From positions 1 through 41,636 of the IMG/VR virus record IMGVR_UViG_3300017780_003067: 41,636 nucleotides of DNA. One strand, 5' to 3'. The position numbers and the translations under genes were made by a program. Positions 1 to 7,527 of the stretch are shown here, piece after piece. Under the pieces are notes generated by a model. It saw only the letters and a list, made by a program, of their open reading frames with translations, did no database searches and had not been told where the DNA came from. Numbering within the stretch: position 1 is the stretch's first letter; the number at the start of each line of letters is the position of its first letter. Source of the DNA: a virus (lineage: Duplodnaviria; Caudoviricetes).

Positions 1-101
1 GAAATCTAGGCTTTCCTTTAACATGGCATGGTCTTCACTTTTGCCATTATCTTTGTTTGCTCTTTGTGTTCACGACCCCTCGCAATCACATCACAAATAT
101 A
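1..101 (-). ncRNA. Putative structured small RNA, copy A (runs off window start)
   Basis: Minus strand reads TATATTTG-N3-TGTGATTGC...AGATA-ATGGCA-AAAGTGAAGACCA-TGCCAT...AAAGCCTAGAT. The same blocks occur in the same order at 19319-19401. Confidence 0.6.
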
Positions 102-232
102 GCAATACTTTTTAAATCCAAAACATTATATTTACAAAATGAATCAGCAAGCTATCAATAGCCCTAATCAGACAATAGTAACGTCACACGATAGAAGTCG
201 CAAGGTTACATTAATCATAAACACAAAGTAAA

Positions 233-814
233 ATGAGAAAGTCCAGTTTTCTAGGATGGTACGCAATTGCCATAACAGCCCTTATAATTATTTTGTTTTG
301 GAAAGGATGCGGAGTCAATCCAAAGCCTGTAATAACAAAGAAACAGGGCAAAGAAGTAATAATAAGCAGTACAAGAAACGTCTATATAGATACAATTGTA
401 AGATTAAGAGAAATAATCGCAAAAACTAAGCCTAAAATTATATACCGTTACCTGAAACCAACTCATGACTTTACAGAAAATCAACCTAACTACGTTTATA
501 GTCCATGTGATTCAATCGTAATTCAATCCGATACAGGAACTAAAGAAGGTGTAAAATATGCTATTAGAGACACGTTAAGCGGAAATAGTGTAATAGGTCG
601 TTCAATTCGTTTTAGCGTGCCACAAATCACAATTAATACTAAAATAGTAGATTCAATTAAAGTATTACGAGTAGATACCGTTTATATAACCACTAAAGAA
701 AAGAAAAAGCGATTTAGCGTAAACATTGGAGGCGGTTATGGATACTCATTATCTTCACCAATTCCACAGCCTCAAATTAATATTACAGTCGGATTTAAGT
801 TATTTAGCTTTTGA
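233..814 (+). CDS. Putative spanin-like lysis accessory membrane protein
   Basis: N-terminal hydrophobic segment followed by Cys (WKGC); C-terminal amphipathic beta-strands ending in F (NIGGGYGY...VGFKLFSF). Confidence 0.5.
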   Translation: MRKSSFLGWYAIAITALIIILFWKGCGVNPKPVITKKQGKEVIISSTRNVYIDTIVRLREIIAKTKPKIIYRYLKPTHDFTENQPNYVYSPCDSIVIQSDTGTKEGVKYAIRDTLSGNSVIGRSIRFSVPQITINTKIVDSIKVLRVDTVYITTKEKKKRFSVNIGGGYGYSLSSPIPQPQINITVGFKLFSF

Positions 815-838
815 ATGGGATAATTTGTTCCTAGATAA

Positions 839-970
839 CTAAAACAAATTCTTATAATACCCTACAAGCCACGCACCAGTTATAAAATAATAAACATTAA
901 CATCTTTTAGTATCAATTGCAAGCATATTATTAAAATATACAATAGCCCACTTATTAAATTTTGTCTCAT
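839..970 (-). CDS. Small hydrophobic protein (43 aa)
   Basis: Own translation MRQNLISGLLYILIICLQLILKDVNVYYFITGAWLVGYYKNLF; lies directly downstream of 996..1199. Confidence 0.3.
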   Translation of the reverse strand: MRQNLISGLLYILIICLQLILKDVNVYYFITGAWLVGYYKNLF

Positions 971-995
971 ATTTTTTTGTTTTTCGACTTCCATT

Positions 996-1199
996 TTATT
1001 TATCTAATAGCGTTAAGTTATAAAATGTTTCATCATCTAAAAGGTCATGAGACTTTCTAGCAATCATAATCAGAGTGTCAATAATTTCGTCCTTTAAAGG
1101 AGTATTTCTTTTAGATTTGCTGCCTTTTTTAGCCAAATAAGCTAATTTGCTTATTGTATTTTCGCTTTCTTCTGAAAGCACTACGTTTGTTTTTGCCAT
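996..1199 (-). CDS. Small putative DNA-binding protein (RHH-like)
   Basis: 67 aa, N-terminal beta-strand pattern (KTNVVLS) then helices; TAAGTTTG promoter element at 1219-1226. Confidence 0.5.
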   Translation of the reverse strand: MAKTNVVLSEESENTISKLAYLAKKGSKSKRNTPLKDEIIDTLIMIARKSHDLLDDETFYNLTLLDK

Positions 1200-1218
1200 T
1201 GTCTTATTATTTATTTAG

Positions 1219-1261
1219 CAAACTTAGTCATAATTATTTTAAATAACTACAACTAAGTTTA
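1219..1261. promoter_or_regulatory. Inverted repeat containing a leftward -7 promoter element
   Basis: AAACTTAGT (1220-1228) and ACTAAGTTT (1252-1260); minus-strand TAAGTTTG matches the Bacteroidota -7 consensus TAnnTTTG. Confidence 0.5.
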
Positions 1262-1309
1262 AATAATAAATACAGATAATTATAATGTACTTAACTTATT
1301 ATAAATCAA

Positions 1310-1347
1310 TAGTGCAAAATACAGTTGCTGATATACATTCGTTATGC
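1310..1347 (+). other. attI-like left terminus of the cassette array
   Basis: GATATACATTC-GTTATGC: core GTT at 1341 with no attC hairpin to its left; the ATAC-N4/5-GTT spacing resembles the right arms of attC2 and attC8. Confidence 0.5.
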
Positions 1348-1377
1348 GATATGGTATAAGTCCAACCATATCGCATA
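1343..1377 (-). terminator. 13-bp hairpin closing leftward transcription of the array
   Basis: TATGCGATATGGT (1343-1355) pairs with ACCATATCGCATA (1365-1377), immediately after the stop of 1383..1865; no clear U-tract. Confidence 0.45.
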
Positions 1378-1382
1378 GTTTA

Positions 1383-1865
1383 CTAATTAAGCAATTTTTT
1401 AAGTAACTCTAATTCACTTTCTGACATTGAATTTACTTTATCAACCAGAGACAACATCTTTTCTATTTTGTAAAAATCTATTGAATTAATTTGAGAAAGC
1501 ATTCTTTCAAGATTTGTTTTTGTACCCTCAATGCTTTTTCTCGTATTTTCAGAAATAGAATCCAACTTTTTAAACGTATCATTTGCTTTTTTATAGATGT
1601 CCTCTATTTCTAAAACATAAGCATCTTGGCATTTAGAAAAAGCGTCTTTTATACCTATAAGTTTCGCTGAATACTTTACAGTACTTTCATCTATTTGCCT
1701 TAATTCATCATTTAACCATTCTTTTTCGCTTGCTAAATAGTTTTTTAGAATGGTTTCTTGCATTACTTTATTATCTTTTGCAAGTTCAAACTCTTTTTTC
1801 AAAGTAGGAGTTACGTAAACTGCAACATATTCACTTCTTTCTTCTTTTTTTGATTCGGTTGACAT
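1383..1865 (-). CDS. Cassette 1 hypothetical coiled-coil protein
   Basis: 160-aa helical ORF filling the cassette GTTATGCGAT(1341)...ATCGCATAAC(1918). Confidence 0.8.
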   Translation of the reverse strand: MSTESKKEERSEYVAVYVTPTLKKEFELAKDNKVMQETILKNYLASEKEWLNDELRQIDESTVKYSAKLIGIKDAFSKCQDAYVLEIEDIYKKANDTFKKLDSISENTRKSIEGTKTNLERMLSQINSIDFYKIEKMLSLVDKVNSMSESELELLKKLLN

Positions 1866-1911
1866 TTTATTTATTGTTTAAATTGTTACTAATGAATTAA
1901 AAACCACAATC

Positions 1912-2040
1912 GCATAACACTGTGCTTTTAAAATTTGGGGCTTTACTGGTCATTTGGGCGGTTTTGCCTCTCAGTAATCTACAACTGTTGACACTTCCGT
2001 ATTATTTAGCCCCAAATTTCATAAGCACCTAGCGTTAGCG
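1912..2040 (+). repeat. attC-like site 1 (129 bp)
   Basis: GCATAAC-ACT-GTGCTTTTAAAATTTGGGGCT...AGCCCCAAATTTCATAAGCAC-CTAGC-GTTAGCG. Confidence 0.85.
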
Positions 2041-2046
2041 GTAATA

Positions 2047-2820
2047 CTAAAATCCGCATCGCTGCCTAGCAATCTCGTAATATTTTAATTCCTTTTCAAT
2101 CCCTATAAACTTTCTATTGAGTTCTTTTGCAGCTAAACAAGTTGTGCCAGAACCCATTGTATTATCCATTACCATGTCATTTTCGTTAGAAAATGCACTA
2201 ATCAATGTTTTAAATAAAGGAATCGGCTTTTGTGTTGGATGCAACCCAAGTTCTCTATTGCACTTTAAAACACTACTACTATGTTTAGTATTACTTGTGG
2301 TATCAATAGCCTTTATTTTAGCATTACCTATTACATCTGGCGTGCTAATTCTATTATTTCTACTTTCATTCCTTTTGTCTTTTTCTAATCTTATTACTTT
2401 TTGTGGGTTATATGTTGGTGGCTTTTTATAAAATACTAATATGTTTTCATGAAAATTTAGCCATCTTTTTTTTGCTAATAATGGATTTGATGGGTTTGGT
2501 TTTTCAAATATTAACTCGTATTTAAACAGCTTAGTATTGCTCATTACCAATGCACTTGTAAATGGTTGTGAAGCGGTCAAAACTATTGCTCCGTTATCTG
2601 TAATTATTCTTTCGTATTCCTTCCAAAGTTTATCAAAAGGCAAAATAGTATCCCATTTACAAGCCGTTGTTCCATATGGCAAATCAGCCAGAATTAATTG
2701 AACTGACTTGTCAGGTATCAAAGGAAATACATCAAAGCAATCAGCATGGTATAAAGTACTACCGCTAACACTGTATTTTATAAAATCGGGGCGGTCTTCT
2801 ATTGGGTTAGTTTCTTGCAT
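2047..2820 (-). CDS. Cassette 2 orphan DNA methyltransferase (N6-A/N4-C, beta-type order)
   Basis: Motif IV ADLPYG precedes HPTQKP and motif I DNTMGSGTT; the start codon lies inside attC2. Confidence 0.92.
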   Translation of the reverse strand: MQETNPIEDRPDFIKYSVSGSTLYHADCFDVFPLIPDKSVQLILADLPYGTTACKWDTILPFDKLWKEYERIITDNGAIVLTASQPFTSALVMSNTKLFKYELIFEKPNPSNPLLAKKRWLNFHENILVFYKKPPTYNPQKVIRLEKDKRNESRNNRISTPDVIGNAKIKAIDTTSNTKHSSSVLKCNRELGLHPTQKPIPLFKTLISAFSNENDMVMDNTMGSGTTCLAAKELNRKFIGIEKELKYYEIARQRCGF

Positions 2821-2893
2821 TTAGTTACTATTTTAGCGGTGGATAATTACGGCTTCGGAAAGCCCCTATTTTCTTAAATACTTAGCGTTATGC
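2763..2893 (+). repeat. attC-like site 2 (131 bp)
   Basis: CGCTAAC-ACT-GTATTTTATAAAATCGGGGC...GCCCCTATTTTCTTAAATAC-TTAGC-GTTATGC. Confidence 0.85.
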
Positions 2894-2899
2894 GATACC

Positions 2900-3100
2900 T
2901 TATAAATCCTTGCGTTGTTCATTTCTAATTGCTTCGTATGCTGCAATTTCAACCCTAGCAAAGAACTCATCATACGTTTCGCCATTTTTTGCATAAAATT
3001 TGTAATCATCGGCTTTTATGCGCCATCTAATTTCCTTTGTCTTAAAAGGGAGTTTGGGGCGTTTTGCCCCTTCTCGCTTTCCTCCGTGTCCGTTTGCCAT
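2900..3100 (-). CDS. Cassette 3 small basic DNA-binding protein (GGxRxGA family)
   Basis: MANGHGGKREGAKRPK; near-identical to 6836..7048 but 4 codons shorter (CAA to TAA). Confidence 0.8.
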   Translation of the reverse strand: MANGHGGKREGAKRPKLPFKTKEIRWRIKADDYKFYAKNGETYDEFFARVEIAAYEAIRNEQRKDL

Positions 3101-3402
3101 TATTTTGCTTGGTATTCTATTGTTTTAGGAATAAAAACATGTCCGTCTGGAACGCTATCTCTGTAAGAACCTAAAAATATAGCCCAATCCGTTCCAAATG
3201 AATCTATATTGTAAACAGTGTTGTTTGATTGATTTGCAAAATTTTCTTTTACCTCTTCAATTGCTTCTTCTAATGTTTCTGCCTCTAATTGAAAGCCACA
3301 CAAACCACATAGTTTTTCTCTTTTGCCATTATCATTAAAATGATTGCTATATCCTCTTTTAAGGTCTCTTTTGGCGTTTGTTGTGAATCTAAGAAAGTAC
3401 AT
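3100..3402 (-). CDS. Cassette 3 variable hypothetical protein
   Basis: 100-aa ORF after the TATATTTG element (3423-3430); TAATG overlap with the downstream small gene. Confidence 0.8.
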   Translation of the reverse strand: MYFLRFTTNAKRDLKRGYSNHFNDNGKREKLCGLCGFQLEAETLEEAIEEVKENFANQSNNTVYNIDSFGTDWAIFLGSYRDSVPDGHVFIPKTIEYQAK

Positions 3403-3422
3403 ATCTTTGTCGTTTTGTTATA

Positions 3423-3467
3423 CAAATATACGCAATCATCTTGAATTAGTTGCTAATTATTCAAGAT
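3423..3467 (-). promoter_or_regulatory. Cassette 3 internal promoter with inverted-repeat operator
   Basis: -7 TATATTTG at 3423-3430; ATCTTGAAT (3438-3446) / ATTCAAGAT (3459-3467); conserved in cassette 9. Confidence 0.6.
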
Positions 3468-3508
3468 TATTTTCAAAATATTTCTAACTGACTGAAAGAA
3501 AGGCAATC

Positions 3509-3570
3509 GCATAACACTACCTATACGCAAGCTTCGTTCCTCAGCCATGCGTATAGCTTTAGCGTTAGCG
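3509..3570 (+). repeat. attC-like site 3 (62 bp)
   Basis: GCATAAC-ACTAC-CTATACGCAAG...CATGCGTATAG-CTTTAGC-GTTAGCG; nearly identical to attC5. Confidence 0.88.
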
Positions 3571-3576
3571 GAAGCC

Positions 3577-3771
3577 CTAAGACAAAACCCATCGAAGCAT
3601 TTCAATCTTTTGGTTAGCTACTGTTTCTTTTTCTTGCAAGTTACCATATGCAGTAGAACCATTTTCACGTTCATAATCAGACCATTTATATTCTGACTGC
3701 TGTTTTTTCCAATATTTAACTTCATCTTGAAGTTGGCTTATTTTACTTTCTATTTCGTCTTTACGTTTCAT
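3577..3771 (-). CDS. Cassette 4 hypothetical protein
   Basis: 64-aa helical ORF filling the cassette GTTAGCGGAA(3564)...TTCCGCTAAC(3815). Confidence 0.75.
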   Translation of the reverse strand: MKRKDEIESKISQLQDEVKYWKKQQSEYKWSDYERENGSTAYGNLQEKETVANQKIEMLRWVLS

Positions 3772-3808
3772 TGTTGTATTGTTTTTTATGATTAAAAGAA
3801 GGGTATTC

Positions 3809-3941
3809 CGCTAACACTATATTCTCGCATTTGTGGGCGTTATGGCTTCATTTTGCGGTTCGCTTGCCTTACATCAGCCGTTTTCGGTGGATAGGTCGCC
3901 CCGATCTAAGCCCACAAAAGCGTGAATATTTAGCGTTATGC
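3809..3941 (+). repeat. attC-like site 4 (133 bp)
   Basis: CGCTAAC-ACT-ATATTCTCGCATTTGTGGGC...GCCCACAAAAGCGTGAATAT-TTAGC-GTTATGC. Confidence 0.85.
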
Positions 3942-4145
3942 GATACCTTGTAAAAGTTCTTGGTACTTCTTTTGCATCGCTGTTTTGAGTCTAGCAAAAA
4001 ACGCCTCATATTCTTCGTTTGTGGAGAACTTTTCAAAATCTTGACCAGTAACTCGAATTGAAATAGTTTTTGTTTTGAAAGCGTAAAGAGTGGGGCGTTT
4101 TGCCCCCTCTCGCTTTCCTCCTCTAGTTTCTTTTTTCGTAGCCAT
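3936..4145 (-). CDS. Cassette 5 small basic DNA-binding protein (GGxRxGA family)
   Basis: RGGKREGAKRP...KTKTISIRV; stop codon is the TAA within the core site at 3935. Confidence 0.8.
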   Translation of the reverse strand: MATKKETRGGKREGAKRPTLYAFKTKTISIRVTGQDFEKFSTNEEYEAFFARLKTAMQKKYQELLQGIA

Positions 4146-4315
4146 TATGCTATTTGAACAGTGATAGAATCTCTATATTTTATCAACTCTAAAATCCATT
4201 CTTTCCACTCTGAATCTGGAAGTTCATTTAAAGGTTTGCCAGCTCTTTTTAATTGAGAATTAATTTGAACATTTAATGCTCTCCATTCGTCTCTAAGTTT
4301 TATAGCGTTTTTCAT
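4145..4315 (-). CDS. Cassette 5 variable hypothetical protein (56 aa, not in ORF track)
   Basis: Own translation MKNAIKLRDEWRALNVQINSQLKRAGKPLNELPDSEWKEWILELIKYRDSITVQIA; TAATG overlap with 3936..4145. Confidence 0.75.
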   Translation of the reverse strand: MKNAIKLRDEWRALNVQINSQLKRAGKPLNELPDSEWKEWILELIKYRDSITVQIA

Positions 4316-4337
4316 GTCTTTGTCGTTTTATCTGATG

Positions 4338-4368
4338 TAAAGGTACGACTTATTTTGAATACTGCAAA
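4338..4368 (-). promoter_or_regulatory. Cassette 5 internal Bacteroidota-type promoter
   Basis: TTTG-N19-TACCTTTA on the minus strand (consensus TTTG-N19/21-TAnnTTTG). Confidence 0.7.
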
Positions 4369-4434
4369 CAATAATCAATAATATTTTACAATTATTTTCA
4401 AAATATTTCTAACTAACTGATAATAAAGGCAATC

Positions 4435-4496
4435 GCATAACACTAGCTATACGCAAGCTTCGTTCCTCAGCCATGCGTATAGCTTTAGCGTTAGCA
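4435..4496 (+). repeat. attC-like site 5 (62 bp)
   Basis: GCATAAC-ACTA-GCTATACGCAAG...CATGCGTATAGC-TTTAGC-GTTAGCA. Confidence 0.88.
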
Positions 4497-4502
4497 GTAA
4501 TA

Positions 4503-5285
4503 CTACATTCCATCTCCGAATGAAGTTACTACTGTAAATTCTTTTTCTTTTCTTTTTTCTTCCACCCTCTTTAAAGAAATATTAAAATAATCCATATTAT
4601 TCTCAATTCCGATAAAGTTTCTATTGGTGTTTATACAAGCAATTCCTGTGGTACAACTTCCAAAAGTATTGTCAAGTATTGTATCATTTTCGTTGGTATA
4701 TGTTTTTGTCAAGTTTTCTAAAAGCTCTAATGGTTTTTGGGTTGGATGCAATCCCCTATTACCACCTGTTGTGCTATTATTTGCTTTTATAATGCTTTGT
4801 GGAAAAGCAACATCAATATTATCAGTTCTTTCTGCATTAGGGTCAAATAAGCCATAACAAGTTGTTGCGGTTGCTACTTTTTTATTAGGTCTTATATTTT
4901 TGGCTATTTTAATAGTTTTTTGTGGGTTATAAGTCGGTTGCTTATCATAAAATATTAAAATATCTTCGTGTTTTCTCATTGGCATTTTATTAGCGTTTAA
5001 ATGCCCTGTTGAATGGCTTTTTTCATATACAAGGGAATATTTCAACCATTTCAAATTTGAACAACCAAGCACACTTGTAAAAGGTTGTGAAGCAAAAAGC
5101 ACAACAACTCCATTAGATTTTAAAATTCTCTTATATTGCTCCCAAATCTTATCTAATGGCAATAAACTATCCCATTTGTTTTGAGTTGTACCATACGGCA
5201 AATCCGCAATAATTGCATCAATACTTTTATCAGGTATCAATTTCATTTGTTCTATTGTATCCCCGTATCTTAAATCTATTGTCAT
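4503..5285 (-). CDS. Cassette 6 orphan DNA methyltransferase (N6-A/N4-C)
   Basis: ADLPYG, HPTQKP, DNTFGSCTT (motif I with G-to-C variant), FIGIE. Confidence 0.92.
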   Translation of the reverse strand: MTIDLRYGDTIEQMKLIPDKSIDAIIADLPYGTTQNKWDSLLPLDKIWEQYKRILKSNGVVVLFASQPFTSVLGCSNLKWLKYSLVYEKSHSTGHLNANKMPMRKHEDILIFYDKQPTYNPQKTIKIAKNIRPNKKVATATTCYGLFDPNAERTDNIDVAFPQSIIKANNSTTGGNRGLHPTQKPLELLENLTKTYTNENDTILDNTFGSCTTGIACINTNRNFIGIENNMDYFNISLKRVEEKRKEKEFTVVTSFGDGM

Positions 5286-5376
5286 AATTTTATTTTAATA
5301 TTTCCCAACCGCTCAAAAAAGAAAAGAAAAAGGTTCAGTTCTCCGAATGAGCATTTGTGATTAATTACCGTACTAC

Positions 5377-5442
5377 TGCTAACACCACCTACACGCAAGT
5401 TTTGTGAAAAACAAAACCTGACGTATAGCTTTAGCGTTAGCC
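5377..5442 (+). repeat. attC-like site 6 (66 bp)
   Basis: TGCTAAC-ACCAC-CTACACGCAAGTTTTG...CAAAACCTGACGTATAG-CTTTAGC-GTTAGCC. Confidence 0.85.
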
Positions 5443-6279
5443 GCAATACGCAGACACCCTGCTAACGGCAATTTCAAAATACTTTTCATCTTTCTCTATT
5501 CCGATAAAGTGCCGACCTGTTTTTTTGCAAGCGACACCTGTTGTTCCTGAACCCATACAATTATCTAAAACCGTATCGCCTTCGTTGGTGTATGTTTTTA
5601 TTAAATATTCCATTAATGCCACAGGTTTTTGCGTTGGATGTACTTTGTCTTTTAAATCCACAGGAAAATAAATTACACTTTTAGCCAAGTTTTTATCAGC
5701 TTCAAAATCTTCGTGTGATTTTATTTTAGTTGGGTTCGGTCTTGGTAGCAAGTCTTTCATCGTTTGCGTTCTTTCAACTTCTCTTTGTGGCTGTCTTGGC
5801 TTCCTATCGGTCTTTTGTGAATTATATGTTGCTTTTATTCTTGCATTGTGAGTAAATCCACCTTTTGAAAAAACCAAAATTTCTTCGTGTATTTTCAATG
5901 GCTGATAACTGCCAGCTAAGAAGTTTGCACACTTATCTTTCTCCCAAATAAAAGTATGTTTAAATAGTTTTGTGTTACTCATTACAACTGCACTTGTAAA
6001 AGGCTGCTGTGCCGATAAAACAATACTTCCGTTATCTTTTATAATTCTTTCGTATTGTTTCCAAAGTGGCTCAAATGGAATAATTAAATCCCAAACGGCT
6101 TCCGTTGTATTATAAGGCAAATCGCACAAAATCATATCCACTGACTTATCAGCAATCTTGTCCATTTCCACAAGGCAATCACCCTGATAGAAAGTACTGC
6201 GGCTAACAGCAGCTATACAAAAGGCGGGTTTTAGTGGTTCAATCATATTTTCGTTTTCAAATAAAGTTTTCTGCATCAT
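5437..6279 (-). CDS. Cassette 7 orphan DNA methyltransferase (N6-A/N4-C)
   Basis: CDLPYN, HPTQKP, DNCMGSGTT; starts inside attC7 and stops in the core site at 5436. Confidence 0.92.
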   Translation of the reverse strand: MMQKTLFENENMIEPLKPAFCIAAVSRSTFYQGDCLVEMDKIADKSVDMILCDLPYNTTEAVWDLIIPFEPLWKQYERIIKDNGSIVLSAQQPFTSAVVMSNTKLFKHTFIWEKDKCANFLAGSYQPLKIHEEILVFSKGGFTHNARIKATYNSQKTDRKPRQPQREVERTQTMKDLLPRPNPTKIKSHEDFEADKNLAKSVIYFPVDLKDKVHPTQKPVALMEYLIKTYTNEGDTVLDNCMGSGTTGVACKKTGRHFIGIEKDEKYFEIAVSRVSAYCG

Positions 6280-6333
6280 ATTAAATTTAGTGTTTCAAAA
6301 TCCCGCCCTTCGTATAGCTGCGAAACGTTAGGT
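6201..6333 (+). repeat. attC-like site 7 (133 bp)
   Basis: GGCTAAC-A-GCAGCTATACAAAAGGCGGGTTTT...AAAATCCCGCCCTTCGTATAGCTGC-GAAAC-GTTAGGT. Confidence 0.88.
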
Positions 6334-6364
6334 GAAAACTTAGAAAGGCTGACGCATTTGCTGG

Positions 6365-6748
6365 CTAATTCCTAAAACTACTAGAAATCATATCTTTGAT
6401 CCGTTGCGTTTCGCCCTCTCCATAAACTAGGTCGTAAAAATTCTCAGACGCTTTGTTTATATCGTTTACCTCAAAATGACTAAATAAAATTTCAATTGAT
6501 AACTTATCCGATAATAAAGAATCTAATTCTTTATCAACAAGCCTTATCCATTCTAAAGCTGACTTTGTTGCACCACCACAAAGTCTTGCACCAAATAAGC
6601 GGTGAAAAGCCTCTAAATCTTTCTTCCCGACTTCATGTAATAAACTGTCAGAAATTGAACGGTGATATTGATTTAAAAACGCAATTACAACAAAATGCCA
6701 AGATTTGCTGTTTTTTGGATAATTTTCTAATAAATATTTATTTATCAT
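6365..6748 (-). CDS. Cassette 8 hypothetical protein
   Basis: 127-aa ORF filling the cassette GTTAGGTGAA(6327)...TTCACCTAAC(6793). Confidence 0.75.
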   Translation of the reverse strand: MINKYLLENYPKNSKSWHFVVIAFLNQYHRSISDSLLHEVGKKDLEAFHRLFGARLCGGATKSALEWIRLVDKELDSLLSDKLSIEILFSHFEVNDINKASENFYDLVYGEGETQRIKDMISSSFRN

Positions 6749-6786
6749 GTTTTAACAAATTTATACAGTTGAAAAAAAAGTCGTTC

Positions 6787-6841
6787 ACCTAACACTGTAT
6801 AGAAGCCATTGAAGGAACGGCTTCTATACCTAGCGTTATGC
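6787..6841 (+). repeat. attC-like site 8 (55 bp)
   Basis: ACCTAAC-ACT-GTATAGAAGCC...GGCTTCTATAC-CTAGC-GTTATGC. Confidence 0.88.
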
Positions 6842-7048
6842 GATACCTTGTAAATCCCTACGTTGTTCATTTCTAATCGCTTCGTATGCTGCAATTTCAA
6901 CCCTAGCAAAGAACTCATCATACGTTTCGCCATTTTTTGCATAAAAGTGGTAGTCATCGGCTTTTATTCGCCATCTGATCTCTTTAGTTTTAAAAGGGAG
7001 TTTGGGGCGTTTTGCCCCTTCTCGCTTTCCTCCGTGTCCGTTTGCCAT
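6836..7048 (-). CDS. Cassette 9 small basic DNA-binding protein (GGxRxGA family)
   Basis: Paralogue of 2900..3100; stop in the core site at 6835. Confidence 0.8.
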   Translation of the reverse strand: MANGHGGKREGAKRPKLPFKTKEIRWRIKADDYHFYAKNGETYDEFFARVEIAAYEAIRNEQRRDLQGIA

Positions 7049-7332
7049 TAGTTTATTGGGAATGAAAATACAAGATCATTGAATTGTTTGATTTGGCTTT
7101 TCTCACAAACAACTGCTTTTTCTGGATGGTAGATTATATATTTAGTTGTGTAGTTCATTTTGTGGAAATTAAACAAATCAAACCATTCAACAGAATAAAC
7201 TATAACATCAGCAATTTTAGCTTCTCTAATAGTTACACACTCTTTTACTTCTTCATTTGAAATGCCACATTTTGAAGAAATTGAATTGTAGATAGTGTTT
7301 AGTTCGCTTTGGATGTTTAATAAAGTTGCCAT
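7048..7332 (-). CDS. Cassette 9 variable hypothetical protein
   Basis: 94-aa ORF with TAATG overlap; no visible similarity to 3100..3402 despite shared flanks. Confidence 0.78.
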   Translation of the reverse strand: MATLLNIQSELNTIYNSISSKCGISNEEVKECVTIREAKIADVIVYSVEWFDLFNFHKMNYTTKYIIYHPEKAVVCEKSQIKQFNDLVFSFPIN

Positions 7333-7372
7333 TTGTTTTTCAGTTAATCTTAGCTTCGTTGCTTTCGATATA

Positions 7373-7418
7373 CAATATTACGCATTAATCTTGAATAAGT
7401 TGCTAATTAATCAAGATT
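7373..7418 (-). promoter_or_regulatory. Cassette 9 internal promoter with inverted-repeat operator
   Basis: -7 variant TAATATTG at 7373-7380; AATCTTGA...TCAAGATT inverted repeat as in cassette 3. Confidence 0.55.
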
Positions 7419-7459
7419 ATTTTTAAAATATTTCTAACTGACTGAAAATAAAGGCAATC

Positions 7460-7526
7460 GCATAACACTACCTATACGCAAGTTTTGTGAAAAACAAAAC
7501 CATGCGTATAGCCACGCTCGTTATAA
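7460..7526 (+). repeat. attC-like site 9 (67 bp)
   Basis: GCATAAC-ACTAC-CTATACGCAAGTTTTG...CAAAACCATGCGTATAG-CCACGCTC-GTTATAA. Confidence 0.85.
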
Positions 7527-7527
7527 G

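Noticed and set aside
5460-5466. Extra TGCTAAC near the start of cassette 7
   Set aside because: No palindromic body or partner GTT follows; it lies within MTase coding sequence.
6745-6957. 70-aa minus-strand ORF crossing attC8
   Set aside because: Overlaps the conserved 6836..7048 gene out of frame and spans a cassette junction; probably incidental, although it ends in an ATGA overlap with 6365..6748.
3509-7526. Recurring palindromic repeats read as a CRISPR array
   Set aside because: Intervening segments are 250-890 bp whole genes, the repeats vary in length and sequence, and no cas genes are present.
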